This document shows, one piece after another, positions 7,091-13,864 of a stretch of 14,112 nucleotides of DNA. Source of the DNA: Pseudomonadota bacterium (GTDB taxonomy: Bacteria; Myxococcota_A; Polyangia; DRWM01); NCBI GenBank assembly GCA_043813155.1, contig JBDRLK010000004.1:1-14112 (forward strand). The letters are read 5' to 3'. Both the position numbers and the translations under genes were made by a program. The stretch's first letter is position 1. Every line of letters starts with the position of its first letter. Below the pieces are notes generated by a model, which saw only the letters and a program-made list of their open reading frames with translations, made no database searches and was not told where the DNA came from.

Positions 7091-7978
7091 ATGGGTCCGC
7101 ACGAAAACCACGACAAGGCCGGGAAAACTTTCCGGCCCGCCATTGGCGTCTACGTGTGCCACTGCGGCCAGAATATCGCCTCCAGGGTCGACATCGGGGC
7201 GGTCGTTTCCTTTGCGGCCGGGCTCCCGTCCGTCAGCGCCTCCCGTGAGTACAAGTTCATGTGCTCGGACCCCGGCCAGAACCTGATCAAGGAAGACTTG
7301 AGGAGCGGGCTTGTCAACAGGGTGCTCGTGGCATCCTGCACACCGCTCATGCACGAGACAACGTTCAGGAAAGCGGGTGAGGACGGCGGCATCAATCCGT
7401 TCCTGGTCCAGATGGCGAACATCAGGGAGCACGTCTCCTGGGTCACGGACGACACGGACAAGGCCACCCTCAAGGCCAAGGCCCTGATTTCCGCGGGCGT
7501 TGCCAGGCTCAGGCGGCACGTCCCCCTGGAAAGAAGAAGGCTGCCCGTGCGCCAGGAAGTCGTGATCATCGGCGCCGGCGTGGCCGGCCTGTCCGCGGCC
7601 CTGGCCATAGCCGAGGCGGGGAAAAAAGTCTTCCTCGTCGAAAAGGAGCCCTCCATCGGCGGCCACATGGGATATTTCGACAAGACGTTCCCCACGCTCG
7701 ACTGCGCGGCCTGCACCCTGACGCCGAGAATGGTCAGGGCGGGAAGCCATCCGAACATTGAAATCCTGTCCATGAGCGAAGTGACCGGAATTTCCGGAAG
7801 AACGGGGGACTACACGCTGAAGCTGAAAAAAAGGCCAAGGTATATCGACGAAGAAAAATGCAACGGCTGCGGCGCGTGCTGGAGCAGCTGCCCCGCGGTC
7901 AGGGTGCCTGCCCGCCGGGTCATAACGATCGGCGGAAAGCCAATAGGTGAATCGACGATCGAGCGAACCTGCAAATGA
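7091..7978 (+). CDS. hdrA: HdrA-like heterodisulfide-reductase subunit A, N-terminal portion. It holds the N-terminal Cys-cluster domain, the first half of the FAD/thioredoxin-reductase-like domain, and the first CxxCxxCxxxCP motif of the inserted ferredoxin domain.
   Basis: Motifs follow the order of a canonical HdrA N-terminal half: IGVYVCHCGQNIA...YKFMCSDPGQNLI...VLVASCTPLMHETTFRK...NPFLVQMANIREHVSW (N-domain); VVIIGAGVAGLSAALAIAEAGKKVFLVEKEPSIGGHM (FAD Rossmann); TFPTLDCAACTLTPRM; YIDEEKCNGCGACWSSCP. The gene ends in TGA overlapping the next ATG (ATGA). Confidence 0.85.
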   Translation: MGPHENHDKAGKTFRPAIGVYVCHCGQNIASRVDIGAVVSFAAGLPSVSASREYKFMCSDPGQNLIKEDLRSGLVNRVLVASCTPLMHETTFRKAGEDGGINPFLVQMANIREHVSWVTDDTDKATLKAKALISAGVARLRRHVPLERRRLPVRQEVVIIGAGVAGLSAALAIAEAGKKVFLVEKEPSIGGHMGYFDKTFPTLDCAACTLTPRMVRAGSHPNIEILSMSEVTGISGRTGDYTLKLKKRPRYIDEEKCNGCGACWSSCPAVRVPARRVITIGGKPIGESTIERTCK

Positions 7979-9747
7979 GCGCAACGGTTGACATAGTTGA
8001 CATAGAGGTGGGCGGCAGGGCCATCGCCGCGCCCGAGGGCGCGATGCTGCTGCCCGTGCTCCTGAAAGAGGGCTTCGATGTTCCCCACCTGTGCTTCCAT
8101 GAAAAGCTCAAGCCCTATGCGGCCTGCCGCCTCTGTCTCGTGGAGGTCGAAAAAGGCGGCCGCAGGAAGATCGCCACGTCGTGCAACCATCCCGTCATGG
8201 CCGGGCTCAAGGTTTTCCTGGACACGGACGAAATCCTGGAGCAGCGTAAAAATCTTCTCGAGACCATGCTCGCCCAGGCGCCGGACTCGGAGCAGGTCCG
8301 CCGCTATGCCGCGCGCTACGGCGTGCATGACACGGCGCTGAAAAAACAGGAAGGCAAGTGCATCATGTGCGGCCTGTGCGTCAGGGCCTGCGAGGAAATC
8401 GCGGGCGCCCATGCCATCACGCTCGCCGGGCGGGGCAACTTCAAGACGGTCGATTCCCCCTACGGCGATGTCACGCCCCGATGCATTGCCTGCGCCGCGT
8501 GCGCAACCGTCTGCCCCACGGGCCACATCGAGGTGCGCGACGCAAGGGGAAGGGCCGTTGCGCACGACGAGCTCGTCGTGGGCCCGCAATCGGCCGTGTT
8601 CACACCCACGCGCCAGTCCGTGCCGGCCGTGGCCGTCATCGACCCTGAAAGCTGCATCCACATGCTCACTGGCGGATGCGGGATCTGCCGCGACGCCTGC
8701 GAGCGGGAGGCCATAGATTTCGACCAGAAGGAAGAGACCTCCGAGCTGAAAGCCGGCGCGGTCATCGTGGCCACGGGCTTCGAGCCGTTCGACCCCTCCG
8801 GGCTGCCGCAGTTCGGCTACGGGGTTTTCAACAACGTCATCACCGCGCCGCAGGTGGAAAAGATGTCCAACGCGTCGGGCCCCACGGACGGAAAGATCCT
8901 CACGGCCGAGGGACGCAGTCCCGGGAGCGTGGCCATTGTCCATTGCATCGGTTCGCGGGACAAGAACACGAACGAGCACTGCAGCAAGGTCTGCTGCATG
9001 GTCTCGCTGAAGCTGGCCCATCTCATCCACGAGAAAACGGGCGCGTACGTTACGAATTTCTACATCGACATCCGGGCGGGCGGCAAGGGCTACGAGGAGT
9101 TTTATGCAACAGTAGCGGCGCACGGGGTAAGGTTCATCAGGGGAAAGGTCTCCGAGGTGAGGGCGGGAAGCGAGGACGACCCCGAGGAGAGCGGGAAGCT
9201 CGTCGTGGAGGCTGAAGACACGCTCATCTGCAGGCCGGTTCAGCTTCCCGTCGACATGGTCGTGCTCGCGGTCGGGCTCGAAGCGCGCAGGGACGCCGGC
9301 AGCCTGTCCGGCGCCCTGAAAATCGCCAGGAGCAGGGACGGTTTTTTCATGGAGCGGCACATCAAGCTTGCCCCGGCGCACACGCTCGAGGACGGCATTT
9401 TCATCGCCGGCGCGGCCCAGGGGCCCAAGGACATCCCCGAAAGCGTGTCCCACGGAGCGAACGCCGGGCTCGAGGCGCTCAGTCTCCTGGACAGGGGGGA
9501 GATCGAGCTGGAAGCCAGCATCTCGACCATCGACCCTGACTTCTGCACGGGATGCGGCGTTTGCGAGGCCATCTGTCCTGCCGGCGCAATCTGCGTTGAC
9601 GAAAAGAAGAAAATCGCAAGAGTCGACGAAACAGGCTGCAAGGGCTGCGGCCTGTGCGCGGCGGCGTGCCCGGCGCAGGTTGCGGACCAGAGGGGTTTTA
9701 CGGAGCGGCAGATATGGGCGGAAATCGACGGGCTCCTGATAGTGTGA
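7975..9747 (+). CDS. hdrA: Fusion protein: an N-terminal NuoG/HydA/FdhA-like [2Fe-2S]+2x[4Fe-4S] module, followed by the C-terminal portion of HdrA. The HdrA part holds the second cluster motif of the inserted ferredoxin domain, the second half of the FAD domain with the CxGSRD...C..CC cluster, and the C-terminal 2x[4Fe-4S] ferredoxin domain.
   Basis: N-terminal module: MSATVDIVDIEVGGRAIAAPEGAM...HLCFHEKLKPYAACRLCLVEVEKGGRRKIATSC (Cx10CxxCx15C plant-type 2Fe-2S), then CIMCGLCVRAC and CIACAACATVCPTG. HdrA-derived part: ESCIHMLTGGCGICRDACEREAIDFD; AVIVATGFEPFDP; VAIVHCIGSRDKNTNEHCSKVCCM; FYIDIRAGGKGYEEFY; SRDGFFMERHIKL; IFIAGAAQGPKDIPESV; CTGCGVCEAICPAG...CKGCGLCAAACPA. This region matches a canonical HdrA C-terminal half. 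Confidence 0.85.
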   Translation: MSATVDIVDIEVGGRAIAAPEGAMLLPVLLKEGFDVPHLCFHEKLKPYAACRLCLVEVEKGGRRKIATSCNHPVMAGLKVFLDTDEILEQRKNLLETMLAQAPDSEQVRRYAARYGVHDTALKKQEGKCIMCGLCVRACEEIAGAHAITLAGRGNFKTVDSPYGDVTPRCIACAACATVCPTGHIEVRDARGRAVAHDELVVGPQSAVFTPTRQSVPAVAVIDPESCIHMLTGGCGICRDACEREAIDFDQKEETSELKAGAVIVATGFEPFDPSGLPQFGYGVFNNVITAPQVEKMSNASGPTDGKILTAEGRSPGSVAIVHCIGSRDKNTNEHCSKVCCMVSLKLAHLIHEKTGAYVTNFYIDIRAGGKGYEEFYATVAAHGVRFIRGKVSEVRAGSEDDPEESGKLVVEAEDTLICRPVQLPVDMVVLAVGLEARRDAGSLSGALKIARSRDGFFMERHIKLAPAHTLEDGIFIAGAAQGPKDIPESVSHGANAGLEALSLLDRGEIELEASISTIDPDFCTGCGVCEAICPAGAICVDEKKKIARVDETGCKGCGLCAAACPAQVADQRGFTERQIWAEIDGLLIV

Positions 9748-9756
9748 GCAAGCCCT

Positions 9757-10902
9757 ATGACATGGAGCGATGATACAACAATGACCGGCTATAACCTTCC
9801 ATACGACGAATGTGCCGGCGACGGCCTGCGCACCGTGCTCGAGAAGCTTTTCGAGACCGGGGCCGTCTCTGCAGCCATCGTGCCGCTGGAGAGCAGGGGA
9901 AAGACCAGGCTCGATCTCTGCCTCGTCGGCGCTCGCGGCGCGCTCGAGAAGGCCAGGCCGATAGCGCCCTTTTTCTTCGGCAACAGGGCGCTCGGCGTTT
10001 CCAGGCTCACGCGCCTGGGCGAGCTCCCGGAACGGGCCATCGCGATTCTCAGGCCGTGCGAGGCCAGATCGCTCGTCGAGCTCAGGAAGCTCAAGCAGGC
10101 CGCCTCGGACAACCTGATCATTCTCTGCGTGGATTGCGCCGGCACGGTTTCCGCCGCTGATTACAGGGAGAAGATGGCGAGTGGCTCGGGGTTCCACCAG
10201 CAGCTGGCCCATGCCTTTCGCCAGGGACAGGACCTTGAGGGAGCGCGTGAAGCCTGCTCCATCTGCCGGTATCCCGCCCTGGACAATGAAATCGACATCC
10301 ACGCGGGCCTCTTCGGCCAGGAGGGCTGCGTGCTGCTGCTGCCGGTTTCGGAAAAGGGAGCCGGCCTGCTCGGGGGCCTCGGCATGCAGGAGGCCGGGCA
10401 GCCGGAGCTGGATGCGCGAAAGGAGGCCCTGAAAAAAATCAGGGAGCACAGGAAAGCCAGGCAAGGGGAATGGCTTGCCGCCCTGCCCTTTGCTTCGGGG
10501 GGGGCAAAAGCGCTGGCAGCGCATTTCGATTCCTGCGAGCAGTGCCGGGCGTGCTCCGAGACCTGTCCCGTCTGCTACTGCAAGCAGTGCTACTTCAAGA
10601 TGGCGTCCATGGAAACAGAGCCGGCGAACGTGTTTCTCAAGGCGGCGCACCTGGAGAAAGTGCCCCTGCCCTCCTCGCCTCTTTTCTTTCACCTTGGCAG
10701 GATGACGCACATGGCCCACTCGTGCACCGGCTGCGGCGCCTGCACCGAGGCCTGCCCGTCGGGCATCGACGTGGCAAAAGCGTTCATTGCCGCCGCCGGC
10801 GAGGTCCAGAAAACGTTTGACTACGAGCCCGGCAGAAGCACGGACGATAAACTGCCGGTAACGATTTTCAAGGAAGACGAACTGGAGGATGAAGTAAGGT
10901 GA
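9757..10902 (+). CDS. Iron-sulfur flavoprotein: an FrhB/FdhB-family (F420-hydrogenase beta-like) N-terminal domain fused to a C-terminal HdrC/GlpC-like di-[4Fe-4S] domain.
   Basis: N-terminal half, ...GDGLRTVLEKLFETGAVSAAIV...APFFFGNRA...IAILRPCEARSLVELRK...LIILCVDCAG, parallels the FrhB order Q-DGG...EGAVV / KYTFSPN / AIPCQTMGIR / LLVGIYCMENF. C-terminal half: CEQCRACSETCPV and CTGCGACTEACPSG motifs spaced ~54 aa apart, as in HdrC. The start is ambiguous: ATG 9757 has no SD, and ATG 9781 lies 13 nt after GGAG. The stop TGA overlaps the GTG of mvhD. Confidence 0.7.
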   Translation: MTWSDDTTMTGYNLPYDECAGDGLRTVLEKLFETGAVSAAIVPLESRGKTRLDLCLVGARGALEKARPIAPFFFGNRALGVSRLTRLGELPERAIAILRPCEARSLVELRKLKQAASDNLIILCVDCAGTVSAADYREKMASGSGFHQQLAHAFRQGQDLEGAREACSICRYPALDNEIDIHAGLFGQEGCVLLLPVSEKGAGLLGGLGMQEAGQPELDARKEALKKIREHRKARQGEWLAALPFASGGAKALAAHFDSCEQCRACSETCPVCYCKQCYFKMASMETEPANVFLKAAHLEKVPLPSSPLFFHLGRMTHMAHSCTGCGACTEACPSGIDVAKAFIAAAGEVQKTFDYEPGRSTDDKLPVTIFKEDELEDEVR

Positions 10903-11309
10903 CCGAATTCAATCCAAACATCATTGCCTTCCTGTGCAACTGGTGCTCCTACACCGGGGCCGACCTGGCGGGAACCTCGAGGCTCAAGATTCCCGACTCC
11001 ATCAAGGTCGTCAGGGTCATGTGCTCCTCGAGGGTCGACCCGGCGTTCATCATCAAGGCGCTGCAGGAGGGGGCGGACGGGGTCCTGGTCGGGGGATGCC
11101 ACCCCGGCGACTGCCATTACCAGAAGGGAAATTACTATGCGCGAAGGAGAATCGCCGCTTTGAGAAGCATACTGGGAGCCCTGGGCCTCGAGCCGGAGCG
11201 GGTGCGCCTCGAATGGATCTCGGCGTCCGAAGGCCCCCGTTTTTCACAGGTCACGGGCGAGTTCACGGACGCCGTCAGGCGGATGGGGCCCAGCCCCCTG
11301 CGTGTGTAG
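10899..11309 (+). CDS. mvhD: MvhD (methyl-viologen-reducing hydrogenase delta subunit) family electron-transfer protein.
   Basis: Hallmark Cys pattern: IIAFLCNWCSY...VVRVMCSSRVDP...GVLVGGCHPGDCHY. GTG start with GGAGG 9 nt upstream. A 4-bp GTGA overlap with the preceding gene indicates translational coupling. Confidence 0.85.
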   Translation: MTEFNPNIIAFLCNWCSYTGADLAGTSRLKIPDSIKVVRVMCSSRVDPAFIIKALQEGADGVLVGGCHPGDCHYQKGNYYARRRIAALRSILGALGLEPERVRLEWISASEGPRFSQVTGEFTDAVRRMGPSPLRV

Positions 11310-11342
11310 CTGCACGCCCCCGGCGCGCCTGGTCAACATCAT

Positions 11343-13649
11343 ATGAATGACAACACACCATATTTCCCGGCGGTCGTCATAGGCGGCGGCGTGTGCGGCC
11401 TGCGCGCGGCCTTCGACCTGAAGGACCTGGGCGTGCCCTGCCTCGTCATCGAGAAGAGCGACGCGGCGGGCGGAAAGCTCCTGAGGCTCGAGCGATGGTT
11501 CACCGAGGATTCCTGCGGGCTGTGCCGCATCCTTGACAGCGAGAAGCGCCCTCTTCTTCCCCGGGACGAAGATGAAATCCTGTGCCTCCGCCGCAACGTG
11601 GCGCGGCGCGACATCGACCTGTGGACGGGCTCGCGGGTTGTCGGCGTGAGCCGCACCGGCGAAGGGCTCACCCTTCAAATCGAACGTAACGGCAAAGCGG
11701 CGCAGCAGGTCTCATGCGACGCGGCCATCGTTGCCGCGGGCATGGACGATATCGACATGCATTACCTGTCCCACTTGAGGGCGGGCCTGGATCCCGACGT
11801 GGTTTCGGGGGAGCGGTTCGAGGAGATGATCGCGCGCGCCGCGCAAAAACCCCTGCGCAGACCGTCGGACGGCCGCCGGGTTGAAAAAATCGCTTTCATC
11901 GGGTGCGCCGGGAGCAGGGACGCCGCGCACCCGTGGTGCTCCTCCGCCTGCTGCGGCTACCTGGTGAAAGAAATCAGCCTGCTGGCCGGCGTGGACGGGG
12001 GCATCAAGCCCACCCTCTTCTGCATGGACGTCAGGCTCCATGCCAAGGGCATGCACCCGTACGGTGAAAAGGCGCTGAGCCGCACTCGCGTGGTCAGGGC
12101 CAGGGCCGGCAGCCTGGAGAGGAAGCGCAGCGGCATGCTGGCGGTCCGGGCTGTGAGCGATGAAGCGCTGGAGGAAATCGAGGTCGACCTGGCGGTCCTT
12201 TCAGGCGGCGTGAAACCGGGCAGCGCTGATCTCTTTTCCATGCTCGGCGTGAACACGGACCGGCACGGTTTTCCGGCAGCGCAGGCAGCCGTCAATCCCA
12301 CGGTTACATCGAATCCCTCTGTTTTCGTTGCCGGGGCGGCCAAGACGCCGTGCGATATAGCATCCAGCGTAATGGAAGCCAGGGCGGCAGCGGCCGCTGT
12401 TTTTGATCGGCTGGCGGAAATCAAACCGGACATCACCGGCTTTGCGGGCAAGGGCGGAAGGGCGCTTGTCATCGGCGGGGGCGCGGCAGGGCTCGCCGCG
12501 GCAAAGACCCTGGCCGCCGCGGGCCACGAGGTCACTGTCCTGGAAAAGCAGAATGCGGCCGGCGGCATGAGCACGGACATTCGCATCGACCCGGCCGGCA
12601 GGGACGCGGCAGGCCTCATTGAAGCGCTTGCGGCGGAGGTTGCCGCTGATGACAGGGTCCGTATCCTGAGCAACACGGAGGCAATCGCGATCAATGGAAG
12701 GTTGTGTAATTTCAGCGTGTTACATAACAATTCTTCCACTGCACTATCAGGTCATTTCGACACGGTTGTCGTGGCCGCGGGGGCCTCGTTGCACAGGGAC
12801 GAAAGGCTCGATAATGGAAAGATCATCACCCTGAAGCAGATGGAGTCAAAGCTGCATGCCGGCGACGGCGTGGGGGGCGATGTTGTCTTCATTCAGTGCG
12901 CCGGGTCGAGGGACGCCGACCACCCTTACTGCAACGCGGTCTGCTGCCCAAAGGCCCTGGCCCTGGGAATGGAAATACTGAAAAAGGGCCCAAGGGCCTG
13001 GATCCTCTACAGGGACATGATGACCGCGGGCAGGGACGAAGCCCTTTACACCAGGGCGAGAGAGGCGGGAGTCATCTTCGTACGCTACGAGCCGGCACGT
13101 GCGCCGGCCCTCAGCATCGGCGAGGGCGGCGCTGTCCGCGTCGAGGTGGAAGAGACAACACTGGGACGAAAGCTTGTTCTGAGCCCGGAGCTCGTCGTCC
13201 TGTCGTCGGGGATAGATCCTCCGGCCGGGGTTCTCGCGTCCCTGCAGGTCCCGGTCGGCGGCGACGGTTTCGCCGCCGAGGACGACCCGAGATTCAGGCC
13301 GTGCCAGTCGACGAGAAAAGGCATTTACGTGGCCGGCAACGCAAGATACCCGGCAAGCAGCAGCCAGGCCGCGCTCCAGGGTATCTGTGCCGGCATGGGC
13401 GCGTCGATCCTGGGGGGGCTCGCGAGGACGGTGAGCCATGAAGTCGAGCCGTCCCGTACCAGGGAAAAGCTGTGCGCCGCGTGCGCCGTCTGTGTCGACG
13501 CATGCCCGGCAGGGGCCAGGTTCCTGGACAGCGCGATCGAGCCCACGGCACGTGTCGAGGCCCGCCTTTGCCAGGCCTGCGGTCTCTGCGCAGCAGCCTG
13601 CCCTTCCGGCGCCGCCGTCGTCCCGGGAGCACCGCTTCGAGCGCCTTAG
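11343..13649 (+). CDS. Tandem-duplicated HdrA-like flavoprotein: two consecutive FAD/TrxR-like HdrA core domains plus a C-terminal 2x[4Fe-4S] ferredoxin domain. The HdrA N-terminal Cys domain and the inserted ferredoxin domain are absent.
   Basis: Domain 1: AVVIGGGVCGLRAAFDLKDLGVPCLVIEKSDAAGGK ... EDSCGLCRI ... IAFIGCAGSRDAAHPWCSSACCGY ... VFVAGAAKTPCDIASSVMEARAAA. Domain 2: ALVIGGGAAGLAAAKTLAAAGHEVTVLEKQNAAGGM ... VVFIQCAGSRDADHPYCNAVCCPKAL ... IYVAGNARYPASSSQAALQG. C-terminus: CAACAVCVDACPAG ... CQACGLCAAACPSG. Confidence 0.85.
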   Translation: MNDNTPYFPAVVIGGGVCGLRAAFDLKDLGVPCLVIEKSDAAGGKLLRLERWFTEDSCGLCRILDSEKRPLLPRDEDEILCLRRNVARRDIDLWTGSRVVGVSRTGEGLTLQIERNGKAAQQVSCDAAIVAAGMDDIDMHYLSHLRAGLDPDVVSGERFEEMIARAAQKPLRRPSDGRRVEKIAFIGCAGSRDAAHPWCSSACCGYLVKEISLLAGVDGGIKPTLFCMDVRLHAKGMHPYGEKALSRTRVVRARAGSLERKRSGMLAVRAVSDEALEEIEVDLAVLSGGVKPGSADLFSMLGVNTDRHGFPAAQAAVNPTVTSNPSVFVAGAAKTPCDIASSVMEARAAAAAVFDRLAEIKPDITGFAGKGGRALVIGGGAAGLAAAKTLAAAGHEVTVLEKQNAAGGMSTDIRIDPAGRDAAGLIEALAAEVAADDRVRILSNTEAIAINGRLCNFSVLHNNSSTALSGHFDTVVVAAGASLHRDERLDNGKIITLKQMESKLHAGDGVGGDVVFIQCAGSRDADHPYCNAVCCPKALALGMEILKKGPRAWILYRDMMTAGRDEALYTRAREAGVIFVRYEPARAPALSIGEGGAVRVEVEETTLGRKLVLSPELVVLSSGIDPPAGVLASLQVPVGGDGFAAEDDPRFRPCQSTRKGIYVAGNARYPASSSQAALQGICAGMGASILGGLARTVSHEVEPSRTREKLCAACAVCVDACPAGARFLDSAIEPTARVEARLCQACGLCAAACPSGAAVVPGAPLRAP

Positions 13650-13864
13650 GGCGCACTCAACAATAGATTCACATTTCTGGACGCCGATCCATCCCGGCTG
13701 GCTGCGTTGCTGCACCCCGCCACTCGTCGGCGTAGAACGACTACGCCTCCGTCGTGACGGGGACCCCGCGCCTTGCCAGCCGGGCGCCTCGGCGTCCAGA
13801 AAATATCATTGCATGTAATGAGAACATTAGCCCACATTCTGTGAATCTATTGTTGAGTGCGCCC
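13649..13864. mobile_element. MITE-like non-autonomous element (216 bp). It has perfect 25-bp terminal inverted repeats, GGGCGCACTCAACAATAGATTCACA, is flanked by a 3-bp TTA direct duplication, and carries nested internal palindromes.
   Basis: IR-L at 13649-13673 is the exact reverse complement of IR-R at 13840-13864. TTA occurs at 13646-13648 and 13865-13867. Internal inverted repeats: tttctggacgcc (13674-13685) / ggcgtccagaaa (13791-13802), and cccggctggc (13693-13702) / gccagccggg (13775-13784). There is no ORF of meaningful size inside. The element abuts the TAG stop of the hdrA-like gene at 13647-13649. Confidence 0.55.

Noticed and set aside
7950-7980. A programmed or accidental frameshift joining the two hdrA ORFs into one gene.
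   Set aside because: The downstream ORF begins at an ATG that coincides exactly with the N-terminus of a complete 2Fe-2S ferredoxin domain. That ATG forms a typical ATGA coupling overlap, and the downstream frame has a stop at 7948-7950 just upstream. Kept as a caveat in the findings rather than as the primary interpretation.
4631-7984. The 1117-aa minus-strand ORF taken as a single gene.
   Set aside because: The N-terminal 337 residues are antisense to the hdrA gene and the intergenic region, and are not protein-like. The transporter homology begins at the internal Met (ATG 6973), which has an upstream GGAAG.
7810-10719. 969-aa ORF on the minus strand spanning the hdrA genes. The plus-strand ORFs 5888-7006 and 4700-5212 that lie opposite the transporter gene were considered in the same way.
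   Set aside because: Long stop-free antisense frames are expected at ~65% GC. The translated products are Arg/Ala/Gly/Pro-rich low-complexity strings with no recognisable motifs. The opposite strand carries genes with unmistakable motif-level homology to HdrA, FrhB, MvhD and SLC12.
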